A DNA stretch of 64,000 bases from Tricharina praecox (lineage: Eukaryota): the NCBI RefSeq assembly GCF_024521635.1, contig NW_026250412.1:310001-374000 (forward strand), written 5' to 3'. Shown one piece after another: positions 1 to 12,482 of this stretch. Every line of letters starts with the position of its first letter. Positions within the stretch are counted from its first letter, which is position 1. Made by a program: the position numbers and the translations under genes. Below the pieces are notes generated by a model. The model saw nothing but the letters and a program-made list of their open reading frames with translations. It ran no database searches and was not told the origin of the DNA.

Positions 1-57
1 ACAGGTAGTGTGAGGCTACCTCAAAGTTATGTATATGGAAGAATGTATTTTTTTGCC

Positions 58-1389
58 TCATCGGAGGTTGCTGGTCGCGAAGCCGAACGGCATCTGGCTG
101 TACTGCCGCATCAAGTCGCTTAATCCGGCGTCGTGCTTCGGCGCCTGTTCCGACGCAAACATCGATTCGAAGCCCGAGTCGAATATGCCCACGCCGACGT
201 TGTATTGGCCTGCCGAGGTGGCGGGGGGACCGCTGGGCTGCGCGCTCGTTTCTGGGGGTCGAGTCATCGTGTTGCCCATCGTTAGATCGGAATCGCCGCG
301 GTTGTCCGGAGTAGGCTGCTGGTCAAGGGGACCCGGGACATCGTCGTCGTTGTTCTCGAGAAGCTCGGCATCATATTCCTGTTCTAAATTACACACCGAG
401 TCAATCTAGGATGCACAGTTCTTTCATAAGATATGAAGAAAAATAGAAGGACGGGAAGTACGCGGGGTAGCTTGCCGAGCTCTTCCATGTGAGTTTGGTA
501 TGGCGACGGGTAGTAGGAGGAGACGGAAGGGAGTTGCTGGAACTCCTGCTGCTGCTGTGACGGGTTGCCCTGCTGTGGAGGGAGGGAGTATGGCTGGGAC
601 GGAGGCGTCGGCATGGTGGCGACGGACGGCGACGAGTTCCGTGAGGTCGGGATTGGCCGCATGTCCGGACTGGCTTTGATGTAAACTGCGTCTTGGGATG
701 GGCTCATCATGGATCGCTTCGGTAGCGGGGCTTGTGGTCGTCGAATGACGGGACGGTGCATCTGCTGCAGCGGAGACATCGCAGCCTGTACAGGCATTGG
801 TTGGTTCTGGGGAGGAGGGGCGGTGGCTTGAGGTATCTGAGGTTGCGGTGGCCGGTCGTCGTACTGTGAAACCGCCCTCAACTCTGCGGTGACGTCGATC
901 CCCTTCTCCATCAAGATGCGTTCCAACAACGAGTTCTTGTAGCGGAGCATCAATACTTCGTCGGCGGCATTGCGGGAAGACTGCTGCAATCCCGACAATT
1001 GCTCTTCGTGGTGCTTGATTGTAGCTTCGAGGTGCTTGATGTATTCGGTTCGACGTTCTCGGAAAGCTATTTCGATGTGTCAACCAATGTGTCAAATCAA
1101 CAGATAGACCACGTTTCGCATGACACATGGTAACTGCAAGATAACAGCTGTGTAAGGTATTGGAAGGGGTGGATGATGCGTAGGTGCGGATTAGAGAAGT
1201 ATATAAAGTTAACCTACCAGCCTGGGCGGCTCTGTTCCTCATCTTCCGCTCTTCCTGGGTTGCATACACCGGCTTCCTTCCACCCTTCCTCTTCTGCACG
1301 GGCTGGTTGATCTGTTCGGCAGCCGTGGCCTCTGGCGAGGACGCCGGAGACGCGGTCGAGCGAGGCGGGGAAGTCTTGACGGCGGCCAT
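58..1389 (-). CDS. bZIP transcription factor (Pezizomycotina-type), 3 exons: 1389-1218, 1066-476, 383-58
   Basis: Spliced translation gives the basic region KMRNRAAQAAFRERRTEYIKHLE, then ADEVLMLRYKNSLLERILMEKGIDV. Intron 1 is GTAGGT...ATAG. Intron 2 is GCAAGC...TTTAG and joins HMEEL-EQEYDA. Confidence 0.88.
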
Positions 1390-2793
1390 AACAAGTTTTG
1401 GGGGGGAATGGCGGGTTTAGGTTATGACGAAGGACGAGGACGACTACGATTACTACGGCGACAGCGACGGCGGACGGACGCGGACGCGGACGCGGACAAC
1501 TGTGGTGACGGCAATGACGGGCGGGGAGCGGCGAGCGGCGGCGGGCGACAATGACGAGGGTGGATACTGGGGGCGGGGGGTGTGTGGGTGTGGCGGGATT
1601 TTGTAGGAAGCTACAGAAAGACGGAAGAGGAGGATTTGGCAAGGGCTTATGAGAGAAGAGGTTGGCTCAGGACCGACTGGAGCGGTCACAATTGCATGAA
1701 CCGAGATGAAAAGTGGACAAGGCCGATTGCAGACGGCGGGGTGGGTGGTCGGGGGGTGTGTGTGGTGGTGGGAGTGGTAGTGGTGGGAGTGGTGGTGGTG
1801 GTGTAGACGGATGGATGGTAGGCAAGGCAGGCAGTAGGTGCAGACTTCGATGCAGCAGCAGCCGTCCGCCCTGGATCATTTTTTTTTGTTTTTTTCTTCC
1901 CTCCTCGTGGATCCTCCGCGGGGTCCTTAGCGGGCCCTTGTCAGTTGTTCCAGCTTCAACAGGACATTTTGCAGAGATATGGGGGGTATTGACAGGAATG
2001 TATATGTGCGTTTTGCCCCTCTTCCCTCTCGTTGCTCCCCTTTTCAACGGCGGTGAATACTACTACGACGACTATACACAGTCCCGCTCCCATTCTGCTC
2101 TGCTCTTTGTTTTTGTCTTCTCCTCCTTCTTTTCCTCCTCCCCCTGCTGGTGCTTCTTCTTCTTCCTCTTCGGCTTTCCTCAAGAGGCTGCAGAATAAAA
2201 AAGGAAGAGAAAGAAAGGCCTCGGACAGGGAGACACGCAGGAGAGATCCAGGACAGGACAACGGGTTGAAGAAGAGATGCTTTACTTTACTTTAGTTACA
2301 CTCCACTCTGGTTACTCTAGAGTGGAGTAGTGCAGATGCTCATGGTGGTCCATGCCCAAGCCTGTCCTGGAGCTGTGGCCGTGGCCATGGGGTTGGGCTG
2401 GTTGACTGACTTTTTTCCTTTCTGGATGCAGACATGCAACCGGCCACAGCCAGACGAACTCACGAATCGATCGAATCAACGGCTTACTGAGAATCCCGGC
2501 GAGCGATGGCCGTCGACCATGGCGGCGGCGGTGGTGATGATGGAGGTGGTGGAGGTGGTGGTGGTGGCAGGCAAGCAAGCAACGCACGTATGCGAGCAGC
2601 ACGGGGGCGGGCGTTGCAGAGCGAGCGAGAAAGAGGGAAAAAAAGAAAGAAGAAAAAAAACGCGGAGCAGCGAATAAAAGTGCGCTATGCTGGCTGGCCC
2701 AACCAACCGATATTTCGGGAACCATCACCCGGACTCGTCGGCGACCATTTCTTTGCGTGCTGGCTGCAACCTGCGCAAACGGTTAACGAAGCC

Positions 2794-2940
2794 GTCGCCG
2801 TGCAGTGTCTCCTCGTCGCCGTGCAGTGTCTCCTCGCCGCCGTGCAGTGTCTCCTCGTCGCCGTGCAGTGTCTCCTCGTCGCCGTGCAGTGTCTCCTCGT
2901 CGCCGTGCAGTGTCTCCTCGTCGCCGTGCAGTGTCTCCTC
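2794..2940. repeat. 21-bp minisatellite GTCGCCGTGCAGTGTCTCCTC x7
   Basis: Seven tandem copies read directly, one with a single substitution. Confidence 0.95.
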
Positions 2941-5315
2941 CTCGTCGTCGTCGTCGTCGTCCATGTCCGCTCTCTCCGTCCCACACCGATCCAGCAAATC
3001 GTTCCCTCCCTCCCTCATCCCTCCGTGCTCGATGCAGCCACCCATCCACCCATCCACCCCATCCATCAATCAATCCATCCACTCATCCATCCACTCACTC
3101 GGATCCGAATCCGCTCGCTCAACACCCGTCTTTGTTCGCTCTCTCTCGCTCGCTCGCTTCGGACTTGCCCCGCGTCACACCTCCTTACTCGTCCCACCCG
3201 CCCACCCGCTGGCTAGCTGGCTGGCTGGACTGGCTGGCTGGCTGGGCCTGCTGTTCGAGCAAATCCTCAACGCTCTGTTCTCCGTGCGGCTCGACCAATC
3301 CGCCTCGCATCACAAGATCTCTTCTGCGCATGGTGGACGGTCGGCCTCCTCCGTGTCATGCTGTGTGCGGTGTGGATGGGATTGGCTCGTCGAATTCGCC
3401 ATTCTCCCCTCCCCTCCCCTCACCTCCCTCCCCTCGCTCTCCCCTCGCTCTCCCCTCGCTCTCCCTCCCCCAATCTGCCGTCTCCAGCACCCCGGTCACA
3501 TTAACGAAATGTCCCAGCTTGCTGGGTTCTTCCACCCATGTCCCCCCCTCCCCTCCCCCCCCCAGCCAGCAACAAGTGCAACTTTATAGCAGAGCCTCCA
3601 CTCTGCAGAGATGCCCTTCCAATAATTCCCATGTTGGCCGAAACCAAGGACGAGCCCGCAAGGTGTTCTGTATGTACGGACCGCTTCCCGTTCGCTCACA
3701 GACGTCGTCGCCGTCGTCGATGTGCCTCTGCTCCTCACAGCTGTCTCCTCCCCCCTAGTAGAAACCGGTAGCCCACGCTCGACCTCTGCTGAGTTGGAAG
3801 CCCGCTAAGGACATGGGTCCTGGTTTTGGCGGTCCGCGGAGATGCAGGACCCGTCGAAACGAGCACGGCCATCCTTGCCTGCAGACGCCTCACACGCCAT
3901 CTCCCCACAACTCGAGGAGTGATCACTGCGACTGAGATCAGAGACTTCCAGGTCGCACAGCGCTAGCCAGCCACAGTCAGGAGGCTACACACACCTGCTC
4001 ATCCTCCACCACCACCACCGCCACCACCACCAACCACCACCACCACCCAATTACCACCACCACCTCCACCACCTCCACCACCTAACTACCACCACCACTC
4101 ATACAGCCCACGCAGCCCACACACCCACCACATGAATCAGCGCGCGCGCAGATCGCCGGGGAAATCCCTTCGCACACAACGCGTCTTGTCAGCATCAGCA
4201 GCAGCAGCAGCAGCAGGAGCAGCAGCATCACCGCGGCCTACCTCTGATGCTTGGGTACCGAACATGCTACATACCACTCTATGTACTTACTCCTGAGCCC
4301 AACCAGGACTCCGGAAGAGGAGGACCCCCGTTGTCGGACTCCAGGGTGCACTGCGAGCCGGCGATCCGGGTTTTGCGCGTGTGGCATCTTCCGTCCGTCC
4401 ACGTCGGAGCTCGCCTCGAGGATGACGATTGTGTGCGCCGCAGGTCACGGGAAGCTCGGTATTTATACATACTCTACACGGAGCTTGGCGCCGCTGAGTG
4501 AGTAACACGGCGTGCCGTCGCGAGCTGATGTAACCACTCGACATGGCCATGTACGTACGGTACTCTACTAGAGTTTACTCTACCTAGTAGTAGGTTTAAC
4601 CGCTCTCTCCCCCTCCCCCTCTCACCTCCCCCCTCCCGCAAGTTGTGGCCGATATGTAGTCCACGAAATCACGCGAAGGAGGAGGAGGGGAGGTGGTTCG
4701 CAGTTCGCCGCTGTGCACCGCACCGCACAGCACCTTGCATACTTTGAGGGAGATTTTCAGCTTGCATAACGGCTCAGCTACATACCTCATACTCTACATA
4801 GAGTACACACATACATACAGGAGGAGGAGGAGAGTCGAATAAGCAACGCCCAGCAGGAAAGGACCGGAGATCCTGACCGGCGAGACAAATTGGGGGAGGG
4901 GAATAGTAAATAGCTTGTAGTTATAGAGTGCTACGGTATATATAAGGAAGTTGCTTCTGTCATGTTCGATTACCGATAAAATAGGTCGAGTAGGTACGGT
5001 AGATCTTCACTGCCTACCTAGCCACCGCACCCAAGCACCCAAGCAGACGAAAAAAAGCCTGCATGAGAAGTTCCCACCCATCCACCCTCCCACCCCACCT
5101 ATCATGGTACATACTCGTAGTAGGTGGTAGCCATCCGTACGGAGTTCGGAGTTTGGACGAGTTTTGGCGTGGCAACTGGGGAGAAGCGGGATACTGAGAT
5201 AATCGACGATTTCGAACTGCAGTGAGCATCGAACTGCACACATCGAATGGTCCCGGATTTTCATTCCATGCCCGCATAATTATCTGTTTGTGGCTTGGCG
5301 GGTCATCTCCACCTG

Positions 5316-5319
<4 letters not shown>

Positions 5320-5364
<45 letters not shown>
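5320..5364. repeat. (CTG)n microsatellite
   Basis: Direct reading. Confidence 0.95.
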
Positions 5365-6525
5365 GGCGGCGGGTATGCACTCTACCCACTCTACCGTACT
5401 CTATGAAAGTACGCATCATGGTCCCCACAACCACCATCATCATCGCGGTTCGCCAGAATCGGTCATCAGCGATCATCGGGAACTGTGGGCGTGGATCGTG
5501 GTACGGTACGGTAGGTATGGTACGGTATGGTAGGTATGGTGGGGACCAGTTGCATTGGCTGCGTGCTGCGGAATACGGGAAAGCAGCCGCGCGGGGAAGG
5601 TGTGCAGTTGGCACAGACAGACAGAGGGGTTCCTGTCCAAAGCGTAGTTGCGTAGGTACATAAAGTATGTATCCTGCATGTCGGAGGAGTGATATCCTGG
5701 AGTCAGTCTTGGAAACTGGAGGAATGGAGGAATGGAGGGGGCTCGGAGTTTGCGGCGGTGGGCTGGGTGGACTGGGGATTTACTGCTTGATGGGGTGGTC
5801 CGGGCGGGTGGGGCTCGTTTTTTCTCGGCGGCTAGAGGATCGGGATGAGGGGGGGCGGGGGCGGGGCGATGAGCTCAACCTCCCTCCCTCCCTCCGACCT
5901 CCGACCCACCTCCGACCGACCGAGAGCCCAGGCAGAAGCGAGCGTGAGGGCCGGGTGCTCTGGGGCGCGGGAGATCGACGCTTGGCGCATGGCATGCGCG
6001 CGGAATCGTCCGTCCGTCAGTCCCTCCCTCGCTTCCCAGGTAGGGGACCGCCGCGATAACGCTGGGAGGCCAGAATGCGTACTGTGCGTTTCGAGATATC
6101 TACCTGGAGATAGAGATAACTACTGTAGAGGGCTATCCATTCCTGGTAGATAACCGCCGCCTCTTATCTCTCTGGATACCCATCACTCGCTTGCTCGCGT
6201 GCCCGATTCATACTCTAGGTGCCTATTATAAGGAATCCACGCATTGCAGTACTTTACTAGGCCGGCCATCCATCGGTGCTGGAGAGCTGAACGCTGATCG
6301 ACAGCTGCTGCAGCAGCAGCAATATGAGTAGTATATTCGCACGTAGATAATGTAGAGTATGTACGGCTGAGCAATGCGCCAACGCATCCTATCATATATA
6401 ACTTACGCCCCGCTCTCTACTCATTCCCGCTCTCTCCTTCTCCTCGCTCCCCCTCCGCGCTCTTCGATCCTACACAGCGTAATACCACACAACACACCGC
6501 ACACACACACGAAACAACACACGCG

Positions 6526-6771
6526 ATGGCCCTCCACAACAGCCTCAGCGAATACTTCGTGTACACGCGGTTCGTGCTAGCGAAGCGGTCGATGGCTATC
6601 GCCGCCCCCGATAGCCGCAGCAGTAGGGACGAGGGCGACAGCGGGGGCGAGGGATACGAGCTCGACGAGTGGACGGTGGAGGCGCGGGCGGGCGGGAAGA
6701 GGCGCAGTGGGCGTGAGAGGAGCGCGAGGAGCGGGAGGAGCGTGATGGTGAAGGGGCGGTTGAGGGATTGA
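6526..6771 (+). CDS. Putative small orphan protein, 81 aa (MALHNSLSEYFVYTRFVLAKRSM...)
   Basis: TATA-like ATATATAA at about 6395, then a CT-rich and CA-rich leader like those of real genes here, and strongly G/C-ending codons. No recognisable domain. Confidence 0.4.
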   Translation: MALHNSLSEYFVYTRFVLAKRSMAIAAPDSRSSRDEGDSGGEGYELDEWTVEARAGGKRRSGRERSARSGRSVMVKGRLRD

Positions 6772-7687
6772 GTTGATGGCGATGGCGATGGGGATGATGT
6801 GATATGTATGGGCGTGGCGCACACTCTTGCAGATTGGACGTTGCTGATTGGGGTAAACTTACAGGTCGTGGATTGAGATCTTCGGGGGAACACAGTGGGG
6901 ATATAGCGGGAACACAGCCGGGTGATCTGGGAAATTTAGTTACGGGTTACGGACGGGCGGGGGAGAGGGGGCCGCGGTCCTCTGCTCTGGGAGATCGAGA
7001 TGGATCATGGGCCGGCCGGCTTCGGGACTGGACAGTGGGTTGTGGACAGTGGGCTGTGAAAAGCGGGGCTGGGCTGTTTGCGGGGGAGAGCATCGATGGC
7101 CCGATGGGCGGGAAGTTTTGGCCGCATTCGGACAGCGGGTCGTAAGGTATCCGCAAGCTGCTGCGGATATGACTGGGCGGGTGGCTGGTTGGCTGGATGG
7201 CTGGCTGGGCACGATTGAGGATTGGAGGATTGGAGGATTGGAGGGTTCGGTGCGAGGATTGCCTTGCACGAAATGCGCAGATCGTGTTTGGACAAAGGGT
7301 ATCCGCAGTGCGGCCAATCGTTAACCTTAACCTGTGGCACCAATCAATGGGTTCCCACTTGTGTCAAACGCGGCGTTGCTACTCTAGAGTACCCATAGGA
7401 TAGGCGCAACCTGCTGTAGCCTGCAGCAGCAGAGTGGAGTTCCGTCGTCCGATAGGTATCAAGGAAGGCCGGTTGCAGCCTTGCAGCAGCCGTGCTGTTA
7501 CACATGCGGTGACCGGTCCAACATCGTATTTTGCACCCTCCACCGTACTCTACTCTGATGGTTACTCTACATACACTGCTCTCCTCTGCGTGAGCCCTAG
7601 TTAGCAGCCACACATAGCACACATAGTACTACTTGTTACTTCTACTACTACTCCCTTCCTCCAGCTCTATCCCAGCTCCCCTCCGAA

Positions 7688-10600
7688 ATGTCTAATTCGT
7701 CACCGGAAGTGAGTACCCCTCCCCGTGCGGGCTCCAGTTGCCAGCCAGCCCGAGGATCCCGTCGTATAGGGCTCACGGCTGCCTGCTTGATGTCAAGACG
7801 CCGTGATGTCCGATATTGAAACTGTTCGTCACTCTACTATAGCAACGATACTTCATCGCGAAACCCTCGCCGTTATACACGCAACTCGAGAGCCCTGTCG
7901 ACGACGACGGCGACGCTCCAATTGGCCCCGGGCCCAGTGGCAGCAGCACCGTGGGATATCGGAGTGGTAAGTAGAGGGGTGATCGCTCACGGTGATTGCT
8001 CACGGTGGTGGTGGTAGTACAACCCGCTGATCGCAATGTTCCTACAGGTCGGAGGACGAACGCCTCTCAGGCTCCGAGTATGCAACCTCCTCCTCCTCCT
8101 CCTCCTCGCCGACATGGGAAAGAGCCCACTGTCTGTCCCACAGAAAAAATAATCTCGGGTACTGACTCGGCCCACGTCGTCAAGCTAATCTAGGAGTCCA
8201 TGTCGTATCACCGCTCCAGGTCAGTGGTGGTGGTGGTGGTGGTGGTGGTGGTGGTGGTGGTGGTGGTGGTGGTGGTGGTGGCGCTGATGTTTCGAGAACG
8301 CCGCGTGGCGCGAGAAACAAACAAGCCCTGCCATCGGAAACAGCTCAGAGAAGGGGTGGGTAATTACATAAACAAACGTGGCTGCTGCGAGCGTGGGTTC
8401 CTACTTTTGTGTGTCGCTGATCTGATTGGGGCCCGGGCGGGGGGTTATTTTTCAATATAGACTCCTCTCGTCGCCGACGTATGGATGCTACCGGAGCCGG
8501 CCAAAGGCAGTATGAGAGATCGCCGCAACGAGCTCCGAGTCAGAGTCAACATGGTTAGTTACCTAGTGAGCTCAGGCGGATGCGCGTGTAGTACACTGCG
8601 AAACTAAGTGCCATCTCATCTCGACAGGGTCCGTACCCCGCGGAGACGAACAGAAATCCCAGGTTGGGACTGGAGGTTCTGCTGGAGGTTTCAGAGCAGC
8701 CGGGCTCGGCGACCTGGTCGACACCCCGGACGTCAGCTCGTCGTTCGATCCTGGGGTGTTCGATGCCACGGGGGTGCGCAAGGCTCCACGGAGGCCAAAC
8801 AGCGAGGTAAGAAGAAAGGCTTCGGGCTCCAGGGGTGGAGATAGGGCAAAGTCTACATCTGGAAGAAACAAGGCTTCGCCCGATGTCGAAAACATTCTGG
8901 ACCGATCACCGACCCCACCCCTCGATCCCTTTTCGATCCAGAGGAGTCAGCAGGACCAGGGATTCACGCCTAGTCATGTGAGCGCGAGAGAACGGCGACC
9001 TGACGGCGGTGAGCGATCGCGCACTGGTGGGACACGGACAAGGAAATCGATCGAGGAAGCGCTCGGCGTCGAGGTCACTGAGCCCGGCCAAGCGATCGCC
9101 AAAACATTTGTGCGTCCGGAACCTCCGCTGGACCTCCTCGAATACCCCGTCATCTTCAATCCGCGCGTGTCAATGATGGTATCGATCACGCAGCCGCTGT
9201 ACATTGGAGGAGGCTGTGTCGATGGACGGCTCAACATCCATATTCGAGGGACCAAACTGGATGATATCCGTCTTGGAAGAGTGAGCATCGATATTGCAGG
9301 TGTCGAAGGTATGTACATAGATTCTGCGATCTACGGGCAGGAATGTGCGGATTCTGACATAGTGTGCCCAGAGTTATCGTTCACCCGGAAAACAATGTTT
9401 ATGAGTCTAGCCAGCGAGCTCATCGACGAAGATCACCCACCTCCGGCAGCCATGCTGGAAACCGTGGAGGAGGACCAGAAACTGTTCTGGAAAGTGAAGC
9501 CATCGCGGTCATTCCTGCCATTCAAATTGAAGCTACCCTTGAATGTTGGCCCCCCACCGTTCCACTCGCTGAGAGCAAGAATCAGATATGTTATTCATGG
9601 GTAGTTCATTCGTTTCCAGCTTCCCACGGAGTCAAACTAACTCGTATGAACGGTGCAACGTAGTACCATAATGATACTGATCAACGGCAACAAGTCGATC
9701 GTACGGAGCTGCAGAGATATCCGAGTCATATCTGCACTCGACCCCGAGACGGCTCTTCTCCCTCTCGAGACCCCACTGCTGTCGACCGAAGAGCACACAT
9801 TGCGGTATGGCGGACACAACACTTTGAAGGTCACAGCGGGGCTGCACCGTGCGGTGTGGGTTGCTGGAACGGCGGCTTACGTCGATGTCAATATCGTCAA
9901 CAACACCAATCGCCACGTGAAAAAGATCAAGTGCAAGCTGCGTCGACACATATTGGCATACAAAAATGTTTGCACGCAATCTTGGTATGGGGTTGGCATT
10001 TATTGACGACCGTGTAGACAGTGGCGTTGGCCGAGAATCAGAATGCTGGACATCTCAGAGTGCCCAGTTGGATCGAGCGCAAGACACTGTCCCATTCCGA
10101 ACTCAACATTGGCTCTCGATGGAAAGGCGTCAAGGGAAGCCAACTGGACGTGATCACGTGTGAAATCGAAATACCCCGGAATCAATCAACAGTCAAGATG
10201 GGACGGTACTTTGAGGTCAAGTATCTCATTGACATTGGAGTCTGCACCCCTGCCGCGTATGTTGAAACGCCTCTACATTGAGGGTACGACTGGGAAGCTC
10301 ACGAAACGATGCAGGCGTACTGTAAGGGTCCAACTACCAGTAACAATCGTCCACATGGTTCAGTCCCTGATGCCCATCCTCCGATGAAGACGCGTAGTTA
10401 ACGGTCTGGCAGAATTCCCTCGACATCGTTCCGAACGACCTTCCAGATGTCACCGTAGCCATAGCGGATCGATATGGCCGAGAGGTAGCCAAGTCGTTCG
10501 TTGCCGGCCGGGCCTTTACTGCACCTCGGGAGCACGTTGCGGCCTCGCAGCTGCCCCCAGCACTAGTCCCCAGCCTGCAGCCGCGACAACTGTCGGTGAA

Positions 10601-10895
10601 GGCGGCAAGCGAGGCCCCGAAGAAGACCGAGCCGGACTTTGACCTTGCTGCCTTTGTGGAAGGTGATATCACGCAGACCACGCAGGAAGAGACTAACGCC
10701 AGAGCCCCTACGCCGGCCCGCCGGCCGATGGATTTTTGGGAACAGCAGCAGGAGGAGTACGAGAGGGATAAAGCCCGCGACGAGGCAGCTGCTGCCGCCG
10801 CCGCCGCCGAGGAACGGAGAAGGGCAAAGATGAAGGGCAGGATGACCGCGAAAGAGATGTTGAAGCAGTTGGAGCGCTTAAAGCAGGTCGACTGA
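7688..10895 (+). CDS. Arrestin-domain protein, multi-exon; 5' exons and start uncertain
   Basis: Arrestin-like beta-sandwich motifs (LYIGGGCVDGRLNIHI, FLPFKLKLPLNVGPPPF, RIRYVI, HRAVWVAGTAAYVDVNIVNNTNRHVKKIK, YFEVKYLIDI) in consecutive + ORFs linked by GT-AG introns. The exon phases 5' of about 8460 could not be fully resolved. Confidence 0.75.
8225..8281. repeat. (GTG)n microsatellite, probably intronic
   Basis: Direct reading; follows a GTCAGT donor-like site. Confidence 0.9.
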
Positions 10896-11727
10896 GCATG
10901 CTGACGGAGGACAGTACATGGAGTAACTACCCGATGGGGGGACTATTCGAGAATTGCTTGTACATATAGTACTTGGGCCGCGAGAGTTGGACGGGCGTGT
11001 GGGCGGACGGACGTGCGAGCGGGCGGTCTGGCGGGCGGTCCGCCGCACTGCACTGCAGAACTTGAGTTTCGGCGTGAATGATGAAATGTAATCTAGGTAC
11101 TCTCAACTCTCACGTGCTTCCGGTCTGTCTGCCTGTCTGTCCCAACACTAAACCACCCCCTCCAGCACTCCTCTCCTCTCCTCTCCGCGGAGCATTCATA
11201 TCCGACTCTCCCCCCTCCCCCTCCCCCTCTCCCCCTGAAATACGATCAACTACCGTACATACAGTACACACCGGTAGCTTCATGTACTCTACACATCCAT
11301 AAAGCACACCCGCTACATACGGACGTACTCGTATGCATACCTCATACATATATCTGTACCGTATATAAGTACAAGGAGGAAAGTAAGTGTCATACCTGCA
11401 TTAGCCCGCGCGGAGGGCCGCGTTCCCGCTGGGTAACCATGTATGGCACAGCGGACTTGTGTATGGTATGTAGAGTACCCTATGGAACAGTGGACTTGTA
11501 CCGGGTAAGCGCGGGTGGGGTCGTTGGGGTCGTTGGGGTTTTGCGAGTTTTGGTTACGTACAAATATACGTATTGGTATAATTGCCGTGCCAGGCATGGG
11601 TGGTGCATACGGAGGGAAGACGAGGGGGAGGGGGAAGGGATCGTGATGGAGGGGAGGGAGAGGGTACGGGGAGAGGGATGGGAAGGGGAGAGGGATGGGA
11701 AGGGGAGGGGGAGGGGGAAGGAGGAAG

Positions 11728-11786
11728 GAGGATGGAGGATGGAGGATGGAGGATGGAGGATGGAGGATGGAGGATGGAGGATGGAT
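11728..11786. repeat. (GGAGGAT)n heptamer repeat
   Basis: Direct reading. Confidence 0.9.
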
Positions 11787-12482
11787 TATCACTCGCTCCG
11801 TGGTGGGTCGGGACTCGGGACTCGGAGACCGAAATGGGGGTGCATATGGAATGGGTACTAGTAGATACGAGTTCGCGGGTGATAGCTTGTGATTGGTGTG
11901 ATTGATTAGCACGTGATTTTGTATGTGTGTGTGTGGGGAGCTCCAGCCTCCGAGTCGACTGTGCAGTGTGAGCTACAAAGGTAAGTGGTGAGACTGAATA
12001 GGTACTTGAGGTATCTGGAAGGTCGCGAGAGGTGACCGCCAACTTTCCATTCCGGTGAATCTGAGTTTCACGAGTGATCACCTGTGACTCCACCGAGCTT
12101 GGAACATGAGTGGATCCAAGTCGAGATTCCTCCAAGCGGGTTATGCGCAGACTTCCCCGGATAGGTATGAGCGCACATTGGGCTTGGGCGTAGGATTTCT
12201 GAACAGGCGTTCCAAGGGGCCTTTCACCGAGTACAAACGGCCTGTCATACCAACGGTTATCTATCGTTTCCGATCACGTGCTGAACGCTGCCGCCGAGGC
12301 CATCCCCCAGCTCCCCCCTCCCCCTCCCCCTCCCATGTCCAGGCCGCAGCGCAGGCCACATACAAGATAGATACGGTAACGAACGACAGCGACGGCCACC
12401 TCCCATTCACCCACCCACACACACACACACCGACACATACACCGACACCGAGACGACGAAACATGCGTCCCGTATAGCAGCA

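Noticed and set aside
2794..2940. CRISPR-like array
   Set aside because: Head-to-tail repeats with no unique spacers, in eukaryotic DNA with no cas genes.
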